From positions 1 through 55,413 of the forward strand of contig DAOSDD010000001.1 of NCBI GenBank assembly GCA_035362115.1: a stretch of 55,413 bases of DNA, in the 5' to 3' direction. Position 1 is the stretch's first letter, and every line of letters begins with the position of its first letter. The notes under the pieces are model-generated. The model was not told where the DNA came from. It ran no database searches and saw nothing but the letters and a program-made list of their open reading frames with translations. This document shows, one piece after another, positions 18,752 through 27,682 of the stretch. This DNA comes from Clostridiales bacterium (GTDB taxonomy: Bacteria; Bacillota; Clostridia; Acetivibrionales; DUMC01). Position numbers and translations under genes: made by a program.

Positions 18752-21253
18752 CTATTGGTTTTCTTTGCAGTTGTTTGTTTTTCTTGCAGAATACAGTTCC
18801 CTGTACTGACCAGGAGTAATTCCTTCAGTTTTCTTAAATTTCTTCATGAAATATGTCAAATCAGTATATCCAATCTCCTGAACAATGCTTTTTATTGGCA
18901 TATCAGTAGTACTTAAAAGTTCTCTTGCTTTTTCCATTTTCAAATTTATAACATAATCGGTAAATGTATAATTTGTTTGTTCTTTGAAAAATCTGCTTAA
19001 GTAATAAATTGAAAAGCCGAACTCATCAGCTACACTTTCCAGGCTTAGATTAACATCATCAAAGTTTTTGTTAATATATTCCAGTATCTGGTTGTTTAAT
19101 TCTTCGCTTTTAGTATTCTTTCTTTCTTTTATATAATCGCACAACTTTGTAACAATTATTTTAGTTTCCTTTTCCAGTTCTTCTATTGTTGTGAACTTCA
19201 TTAATTCTTCTATATCATAATCTACATTGGTTATTTTCATTTCATTAATAGTCTTTATTATCATATTTACTATATCATAGTAAATGTACTTTATCATTAA
19301 GACAGAAGACTGGTTTTTAGCCACATTGTTAAGCATTATCTCCAGTGCTTCAATAGCCACAGCTTTATCGCCTTGTTTCAAGCTCTGCACAAATCGCAGT
19401 TGGTCTTCTAATGGATACCAAAATTGCTGCTGCTGAGATTTTACAATATCATTAAACATTAATATGCCCTGTCTGCTTCTGACTTTATTCTCTTCCAGAG
19501 CAGCATAAGCTTCAATAAAGGAACGGTTTATTTTATTCATATTATTATATAGTTTGCCTCCGCCAATAACAACATTTTCCTCGGTTGCATCTTCCAACAA
19601 CTGCTTTATCTTATAGGTAAACTGCAGGTAATCTTCATCCTGATCCTGACTGATATTTAGGTTAAGGATTAAAGCTATAGAATCATCTTGAAATAATTCT
19701 ACAGGATATACATAACCATCTGCGTTGAACTTTTCTTCTATAACCTCAAACACCTTATCTTTAAACACCCTGGTATGCCTTTCTTCAGTTTTTATTCTTT
19801 TATCCACTATTGCCACAGCAAAAGAAAATCCAGTTAATTTAATATTGGAAAACACAATAAGACTCTTCATGGTTCCTTCATTAAGTACTTCACCTTTTAA
19901 AAGCTTTGTCAGGATCTGCTCTCTTATAAATGGTCTCTGCATATTTATCTGTGCTTGCAAGCTCTTGTTCTGCATTATTGCAGTTTCAACAGTGTGACCA
20001 ATTCTTTCTATCTCATCCCTTCTCTTATTTCTATTACTCATGTTCTTATTCTTATTACTCTTATTCCTATTACTTTTATTCCACATGCTCCTATTCCACT
20101 TGAAACCTCTTATAATATCAAGACAATTATTATAGTTATTATTAGAATAATTATTTGAATCATTACTGGAATAATTATTAGAATCATATAATAAATCAGA
20201 TGTTTCATCAAGTGATACATTATATGATTCATTTGGTTCCGGCCATTGAAGTGTAATAAAATTCATAAGTTTTCCGATAGGTTTGTAAAGTTTGGTTGAA
20301 AAGGCAACTGCTAATATAGCTCCGAATGCAAGTATTATTAAAAACGCCTCAAGTATTAGTGTCTTAACATTTATTAACTGCTGAAAAAACTGTGCTCCAG
20401 GTATTGCAGCTACAAATTTAAGGCCTGTATTTTCTGAAGTTTGAATTATTAAAGAAACATTTTTATTTCCAAACTTTGCATCCATTATGCCGTTTTTCTC
20501 AGTAGTCCTTATAAAGTCTATATCTTCCGATGCCAATTTAAATGATTTATTTTCAGATAATAATACTGAATTGTTTTTATCCAGAATTATCATACTTCCT
20601 TTTATATTACCAATAAAATCCTTAAACAAAGCTCCTATAGTTGACTTCTTTATAAGGAAAATAATTGCTCCATAAGGGTCATAGTTGCCATAGGAAACAG
20701 GGTAAATATAAGTTATTAGTTCTACATTTTGGGAATTAGCCAGGCTAAGTTTTTCTTCTCCTATAAATTTGGAGAATTTTAATGCTTCTATTTCATTAAT
20801 AAAGTTTTGTTCTGCTTTTTTATCATATTTATAGACATTTCTTGCAAGAGTAGATAAAGTACTTTGACCACTTGCAGAATATACATTACCTGTACATTTC
20901 AAGTACATATAATAATCGTCAATAAAGGCATTTTGCGCTTTATACATTCCCAACTGATAAAGGCCTTCTAATCTTTTATATTCGTTGCTGCTCATATTAT
21001 TAGGGGTTAGTTTATTGTCAACATTTATTCTCAAAGCAAGGTCTTCCAGTTCCTTAATCCTTAAATCCAAATTATTCTTTAACTGGGCTAACTTATATTT
21101 ATTAGAAGCTTCAATCTCTTTCCGTATATTTACAACTGAAATGTTATATAACAAACCTGTCATTATAATTAGAGGGGTAGCTACAATAAGGAAATATGAA
21201 ATTAAGAGCTTATATTTATATAATGTGTCTGTCTTCACAATTTTCCCAAGCAT
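18752..21253 (-). CDS. Membrane-bound one-component AraC-family transcriptional regulator with an extracytoplasmic sensor region
   Basis: 833 aa with two TM segments flanking a ~270-aa extracellular region. The C-terminal double AraC HTH is present (..YYLSRFFKEQTNYTFTDYV..IGYTDLTYFMKKFKK..). An N/S/K-rich repeat insert is encoded at ~20025-20190. Confidence 0.8.
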   Translation of the reverse strand: MLGKIVKTDTLYKYKLLISYFLIVATPLIIMTGLLYNISVVNIRKEIEASNKYKLAQLKNNLDLRIKELEDLALRINVDNKLTPNNMSSNEYKRLEGLYQLGMYKAQNAFIDDYYMYLKCTGNVYSASGQSTLSTLARNVYKYDKKAEQNFINEIEALKFSKFIGEEKLSLANSQNVELITYIYPVSYGNYDPYGAIIFLIKKSTIGALFKDFIGNIKGSMIILDKNNSVLLSENKSFKLASEDIDFIRTTEKNGIMDAKFGNKNVSLIIQTSENTGLKFVAAIPGAQFFQQLINVKTLILEAFLIILAFGAILAVAFSTKLYKPIGKLMNFITLQWPEPNESYNVSLDETSDLLYDSNNYSSNDSNNYSNNNYNNCLDIIRGFKWNRSMWNKSNRNKSNKNKNMSNRNKRRDEIERIGHTVETAIMQNKSLQAQINMQRPFIREQILTKLLKGEVLNEGTMKSLIVFSNIKLTGFSFAVAIVDKRIKTEERHTRVFKDKVFEVIEEKFNADGYVYPVELFQDDSIALILNLNISQDQDEDYLQFTYKIKQLLEDATEENVVIGGGKLYNNMNKINRSFIEAYAALEENKVRSRQGILMFNDIVKSQQQQFWYPLEDQLRFVQSLKQGDKAVAIEALEIMLNNVAKNQSSVLMIKYIYYDIVNMIIKTINEMKITNVDYDIEELMKFTTIEELEKETKIIVTKLCDYIKERKNTKSEELNNQILEYINKNFDDVNLSLESVADEFGFSIYYLSRFFKEQTNYTFTDYVINLKMEKARELLSTTDMPIKSIVQEIGYTDLTYFMKKFKKTEGITPGQYRELYSARKTNNCKENQ

Positions 21254-21419
21254 AATAACAACCTCCGATTTAAGAGAGATGCATCATTCCTTAATACAAT
21301 TGGACATTCCTCAACATTAAAAGAATACCTCCTACTTGTGAGAGGTGTGTCCCTTCTCTAATTATATAAGTATGCATCTTAAAAGGCAAGCCGTTTTTTT
21401 GTGGGAGCATACAACTCAT

Positions 21420-23447
21420 CTATTCACTCAGTTCTCCCCACTCCATATAAAGAGAATCAAGGTTAAGATTAAGTTCATCCTTTTCTTCCAGAAGAGTTTG
21501 AAGGCTTTCGTAGTCACTTGCCCTCTGCTCCATTTCTATTTCAATATCCTTAAGCCGTTCCTCAAGAATCAATATATCTCTTTCAAGCTCACGCAATCTT
21601 CCGGCAACCTGTCTTTCTCTCTTGGACTTCCACCCCTTGTTTTCAATGGCTTTGTTATCTTTATTTTTTTTATTCTTTTCTGTATTGTTATTCTTTTCTG
21701 CATTGTTATTCTTTTTAGCATTGTTATTCTTTTCGGCATTGATATTCTTTTTAGCCTTGATAATTACTGTCTCTGTAGTTTTATTATTATTTACCGTTTT
21801 CCACTTTCTGTATGATTCATATGTGCCTCTAAAGTCAGATATGCTCCCATCTTCCATGTCCCATATCCTTGTGGCAAAGCGGTTTACAAGATATCTATCA
21901 TGGGAAACAAACAACAATGTTCCATCATATCCATCAATAGCTTCCTCTATCCATTCCCTTGAGACAATATCAAGATGGTTTGTAGGTTCATCAAGAATCA
22001 GAAGGTTTATATCGCTATTCATTAGAATACATAGTTTTAATCTGCTTTTTTCACCTCCGGACAAAGTGCTTACCTGCTTGAACACTTCCTCACCTTTAAA
22101 ATGATATGCTGCCAGACGGTTTCTTGCAGCTTCTTCACTCACAATAAGGGCATTCCTCACAGTATCAAGAACAGTTAGTTCAGGATTATCAAATACAACA
22201 ATTTGAGGAAGGAATGCATACTTTATGCTTGTCCCAATCCTTGAAAAACCTGAATCAGGAGTCTCTTCCCCTGTTATTAGGCGAAGTAATGTTGTTTTAC
22301 CGCATCCATTATTGCCAATAAGACCTATCCTGTCTCCTTTTTCTACAGTAAGGTTTATATCATCTATAATACATCTGGCATTAAATGATTTGCGCAGTCC
22401 CTTTATAACAATAACATCATTACCTGCAAACCTTATCCCCTTGAATACGGATTTGATCCCTTTTTCTCTTGTTGGCCTATCTGTCCTTTCCATTTTTTCA
22501 ATTCTTTTTTCAATAGCAAAAGCTCTCCTGTGCATGGAGGGGTTATCCGCTACACTTGCCCATTGATGCATTTTTCTTGCAGCTTCTTCAAGCTGCCTGA
22601 TTTTTCTCTGTTCCTGCTCATATTGCTGGAGTTTCTGCAAGTATCTGGATTCCTTTTCTTTTACATAATAACTGTAGTTTCCTTCATAAAACTCCGCTTT
22701 TCCATCTACAATTTCAACAATTCTCTGTACTACTCTGTCAAGGAAATATCTGTCGTGGGATATTGCCAAAACCGTACCTTTATATTGAGAAAGATAATCC
22801 TCCAGCCATTCCGTCATATTAATATCCAGATGATTTGTGGGCTCATCAAGAAGAAGTATTACAGGGTTCTGCAATATAATTCTTCCAAGATTAATCCTTG
22901 TCTTTTCACCGCCGCTCAAATGGATAAATAATCTATCCTGCATATCCTTGTCAATACCTAACCCGTTGCAGATTTTTGCAATATCACTATCAATGGTGTA
23001 ACCACCCATAGCTTCAAATTCAGTCTGCAGAACACCGTATCTTTTTACAATTGATGGTTGTGAAGATAAAGCTGAAGAAACAGCTAAAGAAGTATTCGAA
23101 GCAGCATTCGAAGTAGCATTCGAAGAAACAGCCATCAATTTCTCAAGTTCCTTCATCTCATTCTTAATATTTGATAGTCTTTCAAAGGATGTCTTCAATA
23201 CATCCAACACTGTATAATCATGTGGATATTCAGGTATCTGGTCAAGTATACCGGCTTTACCCGATAAATTTACAGTACCATCATCATATGCTTCCACCCC
23301 CGACAATATTTTGAATAAAGTCGTCTTCCCTGCTCCGTTTTTCCCAAGCAAGCCAACTTTTTCACCCTTATACACCTCAAAAGTCATGCCTTTTAAAATG
23401 TGCTCCGATCCATAATATTTATGCACTTCCCGCACAGCAATATCCAA
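21420..23447 (-). CDS. ABC-F family ATPase (two ABC cassettes, no TM domain) with a coiled-coil C-terminal extension
   Basis: Two Walker A motifs (GKNGAGKTT, GNNGCGKTT), two LSGGE signatures and a linker rich in Q/E/R/K. The likely start is the TTG at 23447 (GGAGTGG 8 nt upstream). The ORF remains open to a GTG at 23504. Confidence 0.85.
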   Translation of the reverse strand: MDIAVREVHKYYGSEHILKGMTFEVYKGEKVGLLGKNGAGKTTLFKILSGVEAYDDGTVNLSGKAGILDQIPEYPHDYTVLDVLKTSFERLSNIKNEMKELEKLMAVSSNATSNAASNTSLAVSSALSSQPSIVKRYGVLQTEFEAMGGYTIDSDIAKICNGLGIDKDMQDRLFIHLSGGEKTRINLGRIILQNPVILLLDEPTNHLDINMTEWLEDYLSQYKGTVLAISHDRYFLDRVVQRIVEIVDGKAEFYEGNYSYYVKEKESRYLQKLQQYEQEQRKIRQLEEAARKMHQWASVADNPSMHRRAFAIEKRIEKMERTDRPTREKGIKSVFKGIRFAGNDVIVIKGLRKSFNARCIIDDINLTVEKGDRIGLIGNNGCGKTTLLRLITGEETPDSGFSRIGTSIKYAFLPQIVVFDNPELTVLDTVRNALIVSEEAARNRLAAYHFKGEEVFKQVSTLSGGEKSRLKLCILMNSDINLLILDEPTNHLDIVSREWIEEAIDGYDGTLLFVSHDRYLVNRFATRIWDMEDGSISDFRGTYESYRKWKTVNNNKTTETVIIKAKKNINAEKNNNAKKNNNAEKNNNTEKNKKNKDNKAIENKGWKSKRERQVAGRLRELERDILILEERLKDIEIEMEQRASDYESLQTLLEEKDELNLNLDSLYMEWGELSE
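21674..21763 (-). repeat. In-frame 18-bp tandem repeat x5 in the ABC-F C-terminal arm (peptide NNNAEK)
   Basis: Units TCTTTT[CT][TA]G[CT]ATTG[TA]TAT at 21674, 21692, 21710, 21728 and 21746. A second 3x12-bp repeat lies at 23091-23126 (peptide SNA[AT]). Confidence 0.85.
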
Positions 23448-23556
23448 AGCAACCACTCCAATCAAAATCGCGTCCAATATGTTTGAAACGCATTTGAAAC
23501 ACACTAATAAAAGGATATCAATGAATCAGTAGATATGCAACTATAAGTTATTATAT

Positions 23557-23845
23557 GTGTGCATTTACTGAATTTGATGAAGTATTTACCAGGGGCTGTC
23601 GTTACAGTGCTTAGAGCCTTTAAATTCAGCTACAGGCAAAATCAAACTCACAAAATAATCTGAATAAAAGAATTGTAATTATTTTGTTCAAACACTAATT
23701 TTGCTCTTCCTTCGCTCAGATACTGAGAAACTCTTCAGCATAAAAGGAATACCTGTTACTTGAGAGAAGAGTTACCCCTGCCTAGCTACAGAACTTTCAC
23801 TTATGCCACTTACCAATATTTTCTTCAAATAAATTAAATGCACCC
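23557..23845 (-). mobile_element. MITE-like element, family 1, full-length copy (289 bp), inverted relative to copies at 52549 and 54546
   Basis: The reverse complement aligns end to end with 52549-52837 and 54546-54834. Termini are G[TG]GTGCAT...ATGCACCC. The flanking 9-mers TTATTATAT and TTAATATAC match at 7 of 9 positions. Confidence 0.85.
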
Positions 23846-23982
23846 TTAATATACCGTATTTAATAATATGCAGAAAATTCATACTTGAATTTTTTATTCA
23901 TTTTCAGTTTGACAAAGAATTAACAATGTTCTATTCTTAAAATATAACATAATGATAACTAAAAAAGCAAAGACTATTCCAT

Positions 23983-24126
23983 AGTTTATAACTATTTTGT
24001 AGTTCATAACTATTTTATAGTTTATAACTGTTTTGTAGTTCATAACTATTTTGTAGTTTATAACTATTTTGTAGTTTATAACTATTTTGTAGTTTATAAC
24101 TGCCTTGTAGTTTATTACTATCCTAT
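23983..24126 (+). repeat. Intergenic 18-bp tandem repeat x8 (AGTT[TC]ATAACTATTTTGT) upstream of the Fe-ADH gene
   Basis: Eight contiguous units, with the last two degenerate. Each unit contains the near-palindrome AGTTnAnAACT. The array ends 61 nt before the ATG at 24188. Confidence 0.9.
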
Positions 24127-24187
24127 AGCCTGAAATATATTAATCTGGAACATATTAATTATAATATTTAATATTGGAGGTAAAATT

Positions 24188-25387
24188 ATGTGGGAACAAA
24201 ATATTAACATTAATGAAGTAAGAGAAATTAGATGTAAGACTACTGCTTACCTTGGAGCAGGAGCCATGGAAAAAATGAATGATATCGCAAAAGAGCTAAA
24301 AAAAATGGGCGCAGACAAGATTATTGCAGTTACCGGCAAGTCTTCATATAAGAAAACCGGTGCATGGGATTATGTGGAGAAAGCATGTCTTGAAAATGCG
24401 ATCGACTGGATTATATTCAACAAAATTTCACCCAACCCATCATCAATTGATGTTGATGAAGCAACAAAAATGGCTATTGACTTTGGAGCAAAAGCTGTTA
24501 TTGGTATAGGGGGAGGAAGCCCTATAGATGCTGCCAAGAGTGTTGCTATAATGGTAAACTATCCTCAATATACAACAGCCGACCTTTATGAATATAAGTT
24601 TACTCCTGAGAAAGCTCTGCCCCTGATTGCAGTAAATACAACACATGGTACCGGGACAGAGGTTGACAGATTTGCAGTTGTAAGTATTCTTGATAAGCAG
24701 TATAAACCCGCTATTGCATATGATATAAGTTACCCTCTATATGCCATAGATGATCCTAAACTTATGTTAGGTCTGCCTAAAAGCCAGACTATTTATACAT
24801 CTGTAGATGCTGTAAATCATATTGTTGAAGCATGTACCAGTGTAGTAGCAAGCCCATATACAGTACTTTTAGCTAAAGAAACAGTACGTCTGATAGAGAA
24901 GTATCTGCCTAAAGCCCTTGAAAATGGTCAGGATCTTGAAGCAAGATATTATCTGACATATGCATCAATGATTGCAGGTATCTGCTTTGATAACGGTATG
25001 CTTCACCTAACTCATGCTCTTGAGCATCCCTTAAGCGCAGTCAAGCCTGATCTGGCTCATGGTCTTGGATTGGCTATCCTGCTTCCCGCAGTAGTAAAGA
25101 ACATATATCCTGCATGTGGGGAAATTCTTTGCGATGTTCTGGCTCCTATAGTACCAGGTCTCAGTGGGCAAGCTTCAGAAGCTGAAAAGGCCAGCAAGGG
25201 AGTTAAAAAATGGCTGGCAAACGTTGGAATTACAGAGACTCTATCAACTCTTGGTTTTACAAAAGCTGATGTAGATAAGCTTACTCATCTTGCGTTTACA
25301 ACACCAAGCCTTGGACTTCTTTTGAGCTTATCACCTGTAAAAGCAACAGAAGAACTGGTAGCAGGAATTTATTCAGAATCACTATAA
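24188..25387 (+). CDS. Iron-containing (group III) alcohol dehydrogenase
   Basis: 399 aa with GGAGG 7 nt upstream. It has the GIGGGSPIDAAK NAD(P)-binding motif and His-rich metal-site motifs (THALEHPLS, AHG). Confidence 0.9.
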   Translation: MWEQNININEVREIRCKTTAYLGAGAMEKMNDIAKELKKMGADKIIAVTGKSSYKKTGAWDYVEKACLENAIDWIIFNKISPNPSSIDVDEATKMAIDFGAKAVIGIGGGSPIDAAKSVAIMVNYPQYTTADLYEYKFTPEKALPLIAVNTTHGTGTEVDRFAVVSILDKQYKPAIAYDISYPLYAIDDPKLMLGLPKSQTIYTSVDAVNHIVEACTSVVASPYTVLLAKETVRLIEKYLPKALENGQDLEARYYLTYASMIAGICFDNGMLHLTHALEHPLSAVKPDLAHGLGLAILLPAVVKNIYPACGEILCDVLAPIVPGLSGQASEAEKASKGVKKWLANVGITETLSTLGFTKADVDKLTHLAFTTPSLGLLLSLSPVKATEELVAGIYSESL

Positions 25388-25502
25388 GTATTATCGCGAG
25401 TATTATTGTGAGCTAATCAAGAGTAGCGTTATGTGTATAATATAGGTTAATCTCACAATTTGATATAAATTGAGCATATATTCATTGGATGGCTATAATT
25501 TT

Positions 25503-25538
25503 AAAACCTTGTGCCCTTTTTGGATGCAAGGTTTTTTC
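25503..25538 (+). terminator. Rho-independent terminator after the Fe-ADH gene
   Basis: AAAACCTTG ... CAAGGTTTT stem followed by a T-run. Confidence 0.6.
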
Positions 25539-25550
25539 TAATCCTAATTT

Positions 25551-25580
25551 AATATTTCTTCATATTTGATAGATGCACCC
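25551..25580 (+). mobile_element. Solo right-end remnant of MITE family 1
   Basis: AATATTTCTTCATATTTGATAGATGCACCC matches the right terminus AATATTTCTTCACTTTTAAAATATGCACCC at about 25 of 30 positions. No left end lies nearby. Confidence 0.5.
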
Positions 25581-25734
25581 AATAATCAATCAGTCATTTG
25601 ACATGTTTTGGCAACACTATTCAGCTACTTTGTATGAATAAACTACTTACCATTAGTAAATAATTACTGCTGAATAGCTTTTTGTTATATTAATATAATA
25701 TTATAAAGTATATAAGGCAAAATGGAGGGGTTCT

Positions 25735-26982
25735 TTGACAGGTTTCTATAATGAAAAAAGATGGGTAAAGCTATCTTTAGCACTTATCATTGCACTTTTT
25801 ACTATAATAAATGTATATTCAGTACTCAGATATAATGATTATTTTCTGCTGGGAAGTATTGAGAAGGCTGATAATGACGATGTGAAGTATATAGGAAGTG
25901 CTTGGACACTTTTAGAAAAGGGTATGCTTACATATCACGATGTTAACGTCCCTACTGTTTACATAATGCCAGGCCATACCATTATAATCGCAGCCATTAC
26001 GGGAATATTCGGAAAATATGGCGGGATTACAGCTTTCAGGCTGTTTCAAGTTCTGCTTCAAGCATTGTCCATACTTTTAGTATTTTTAATCGGCAGAACA
26101 GTTTTTAACAGTTCAGTAGGTATTATAGCAGCATTTATAAATGCAACATACGTTTCTGAAATATTTGTTACCGGGACAATACTTACTGAGGTTGAATTCA
26201 AATTCCTGCTTCTATTGCTTGTATATATATCAATTAATGCAATAAAGACAAAAAAAACAAGGTATTATATAGAAGGTGGTATAGTGTGGGGTATTGCATG
26301 CCTTTTCAGACCTACAATTGCATTATACCCAGTTGCAATACTGGCAGCATGGCTTATATACAAATACTCTTTCAAAGAAATATTTAAATTCAGCATCATA
26401 GTCTTGGTGATTTTTGCTGCTATTATGTCTCCATGGTGGATCAGAAACTACATTGTCTTCAATAGATTTATTCCTCTTACCCTCTCATCCGGTAATCCAT
26501 TTTTGCAGGGGACATACATAAATTATGACCAATCCAAGGATTATACACCATACACCCCTAGCAAGGATGTAATAGAAACTAATGAAATTGAAATGAAAAC
26601 AGGAATATATCGATTGAAAACATATTTTGTAAAATATCCCCTAAAATATATATATTGGTACACTTTTGGGAAATCATGGTACTTATGGAACTACCCTTTT
26701 TACTGGAAGGAAATCTTCGGTATATCTGTAACAATGGCAACAGTGCACCATCATTTAATTCTAATTGCAGGTATACCAGGAATTATTTCAATTTTTGGTA
26801 ACAAGAGCCTTGAAGGGATATTTTTAATAACGGTAATATTGTACTTTTCTCTTTCATACTTACCCTTTTACACATTTTCAAGGTACTCTTATCCTATGAT
26901 GCCGCTAGTAATGCTTTTTTCATCATATGCAGTATTCAAACTGTATAAAGGAATATCCGCAATGTGCAGGACTGTCCCCTGA
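25735..26982 (+). CDS. Polytopic membrane protein, GT-C fold glycosyltransferase-like (ArnT/PMT, GT39/83-like)
   Basis: 415 aa with a TTG start and GGAGGGG upstream. It has more than 10 hydrophobic segments and an acidic DD motif in the first extracytoplasmic loop (EKADNDDVKY), as in GT-C enzymes. The last 4 codons and the stop lie in a GGACTGTCCCC repeat unit. Confidence 0.5.
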   Translation: MTGFYNEKRWVKLSLALIIALFTIINVYSVLRYNDYFLLGSIEKADNDDVKYIGSAWTLLEKGMLTYHDVNVPTVYIMPGHTIIIAAITGIFGKYGGITAFRLFQVLLQALSILLVFLIGRTVFNSSVGIIAAFINATYVSEIFVTGTILTEVEFKFLLLLLVYISINAIKTKKTRYYIEGGIVWGIACLFRPTIALYPVAILAAWLIYKYSFKEIFKFSIIVLVIFAAIMSPWWIRNYIVFNRFIPLTLSSGNPFLQGTYINYDQSKDYTPYTPSKDVIETNEIEMKTGIYRLKTYFVKYPLKYIYWYTFGKSWYLWNYPFYWKEIFGISVTMATVHHHLILIAGIPGIISIFGNKSLEGIFLITVILYFSLSYLPFYTFSRYSYPMMPLVMLFSSYAVFKLYKGISAMCRTVP

Positions 26983-27077
26983 ATGTACAGGACTGTCCCC
27001 GAATGTACAGGACTGTCCCCGACTAAGAATTAGTCCTATTCAGAATTAATCAGAATTGAAGAACTGTCCCCGTCTGG
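26961..27077 (+). repeat. GGACTGTCCCC motif cluster: three tandem 20-21-bp units (AATGT[GA]CAGGACTGTCCCC[TG]) plus a fourth copy at 27055-27077
   Basis: Units at 26961, 26982 and 27002, with GAAGAACTGTCCCCG at 27059. The cluster fills a convergent gap and overlaps the 3' ends of both flanking ORFs. Confidence 0.9.
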
Positions 27078-27682
27078 AAATTAACCATAGGGCCTTCATA
27101 TAATTTTGAAAGACCTGGTATGCTTTTAAAATTATCGGGTACTACAAGAGATGCATCTTTGTTGAAAGTATATATGCTCGCTGTTGATAACAATGTAGCT
27201 GCAAATTCCGAACATGTATATCTGTTTTTCATCTTTAAAGGTTTATTAATCATGATCCCTAAGAGAGCTGCAAAATTATAATGATATTTATAGCGGTTAT
27301 TACCATAGCACTTAATAAGTTCAACAATCACATTATATTTTTCCTCGCTAACATCCAGAGAATATATGCAACAAGATGCATTTTTAAAATATAGGTAAAC
27401 CCCTTTATTAAGCTCCTCTCTTATGAATCCTCCAATTAAAGGGAATCGTATATACCTTCTTCCAAAGCTATAGAAATATTCCATTCTTTCATCGACACAT
27501 ATAGAAACATGGTTGTATTTCGCATGCGTATAAAATCTTATAGTTTTCATAACTAAAGAATCTGTATGAGCAAGCATTATATATATTTTAGGCAAATATT
27601 CAACCTCCGTGAATTCAGAATTTATAAATGTTACAAAAAGCCATGTGAGTACAGTTGTGAATACAGTTGTGGGAGAGTTCAA
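27050..27682 (-). CDS. YiiX/YaeF-like permuted papain-fold (C92 family) hydrolase-like protein
   Basis: 210 aa. The His-containing block (HAKYNHVSICVD) precedes the Cys block (RYTCSEFAATLL), which is the permuted NlpC/P60 order. The TTG start overlaps the upstream stop codon (TTGA). An alternative ATG (MLAHTD) lies 35 codons in. Confidence 0.5.
   Translation of the reverse strand: MNSPTTVFTTVLTWLFVTFINSEFTEVEYLPKIYIMLAHTDSLVMKTIRFYTHAKYNHVSICVDERMEYFYSFGRRYIRFPLIGGFIREELNKGVYLYFKNASCCIYSLDVSEEKYNVIVELIKCYGNNRYKYHYNFAALLGIMINKPLKMKNRYTCSEFAATLLSTASIYTFNKDASLVVPDNFKSIPGLSKLYEGPMVNFQTGTVLQF

Noticed and set aside
21306-21357. A segment (GGACATTCCTC...AAAAGAATACCTCCTACTTGTGAGAGGTGTGTCCC) resembling the central hairpin of MITE family 1. 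A similar segment lies at 43321-43402.
   Set aside because: Similarity is patchy, roughly three quarters of positions by eye and with indels. No termini or target duplications are present. These could be ancient core fragments or relatives of the GGACTGTCCCC motif, but I cannot separate that from chance without a statistical alignment.
21345-21815. A 156-aa plus-strand ORF spanning the AraC/ABC-F intergenic region and the ABC-F 3' end.
   Set aside because: It overlaps the well-supported ABC-F coding region in antisense. Its repetitive ILFCIVILF translation is simply the reverse reading of the NNNAEK repeat.
23983-24126. Possible CRISPR array, raised by regularly spaced direct repeats here and at 36283-36352, 26961-27021 and 14523-14577.
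   Set aside because: The units are contiguous (18, 14, 20 and 30 bp periods) with no unique spacers between them. The repeats are too short and AT-rich, and no cas genes or leader are present. They are minisatellites, not CRISPRs.
25617-25686. A long-range stem (CTATTCAGC ... GCTGAATAG followed by CTTTTTGTT) upstream of the GT-C-like gene, considered as an attenuator or riboswitch terminator.
   Set aside because: The 9-bp stem encloses a 43-nt AT-rich loop with no conserved aptamer-like features that I recognise. It could be a weak terminator for upstream read-through, but support is insufficient to call.
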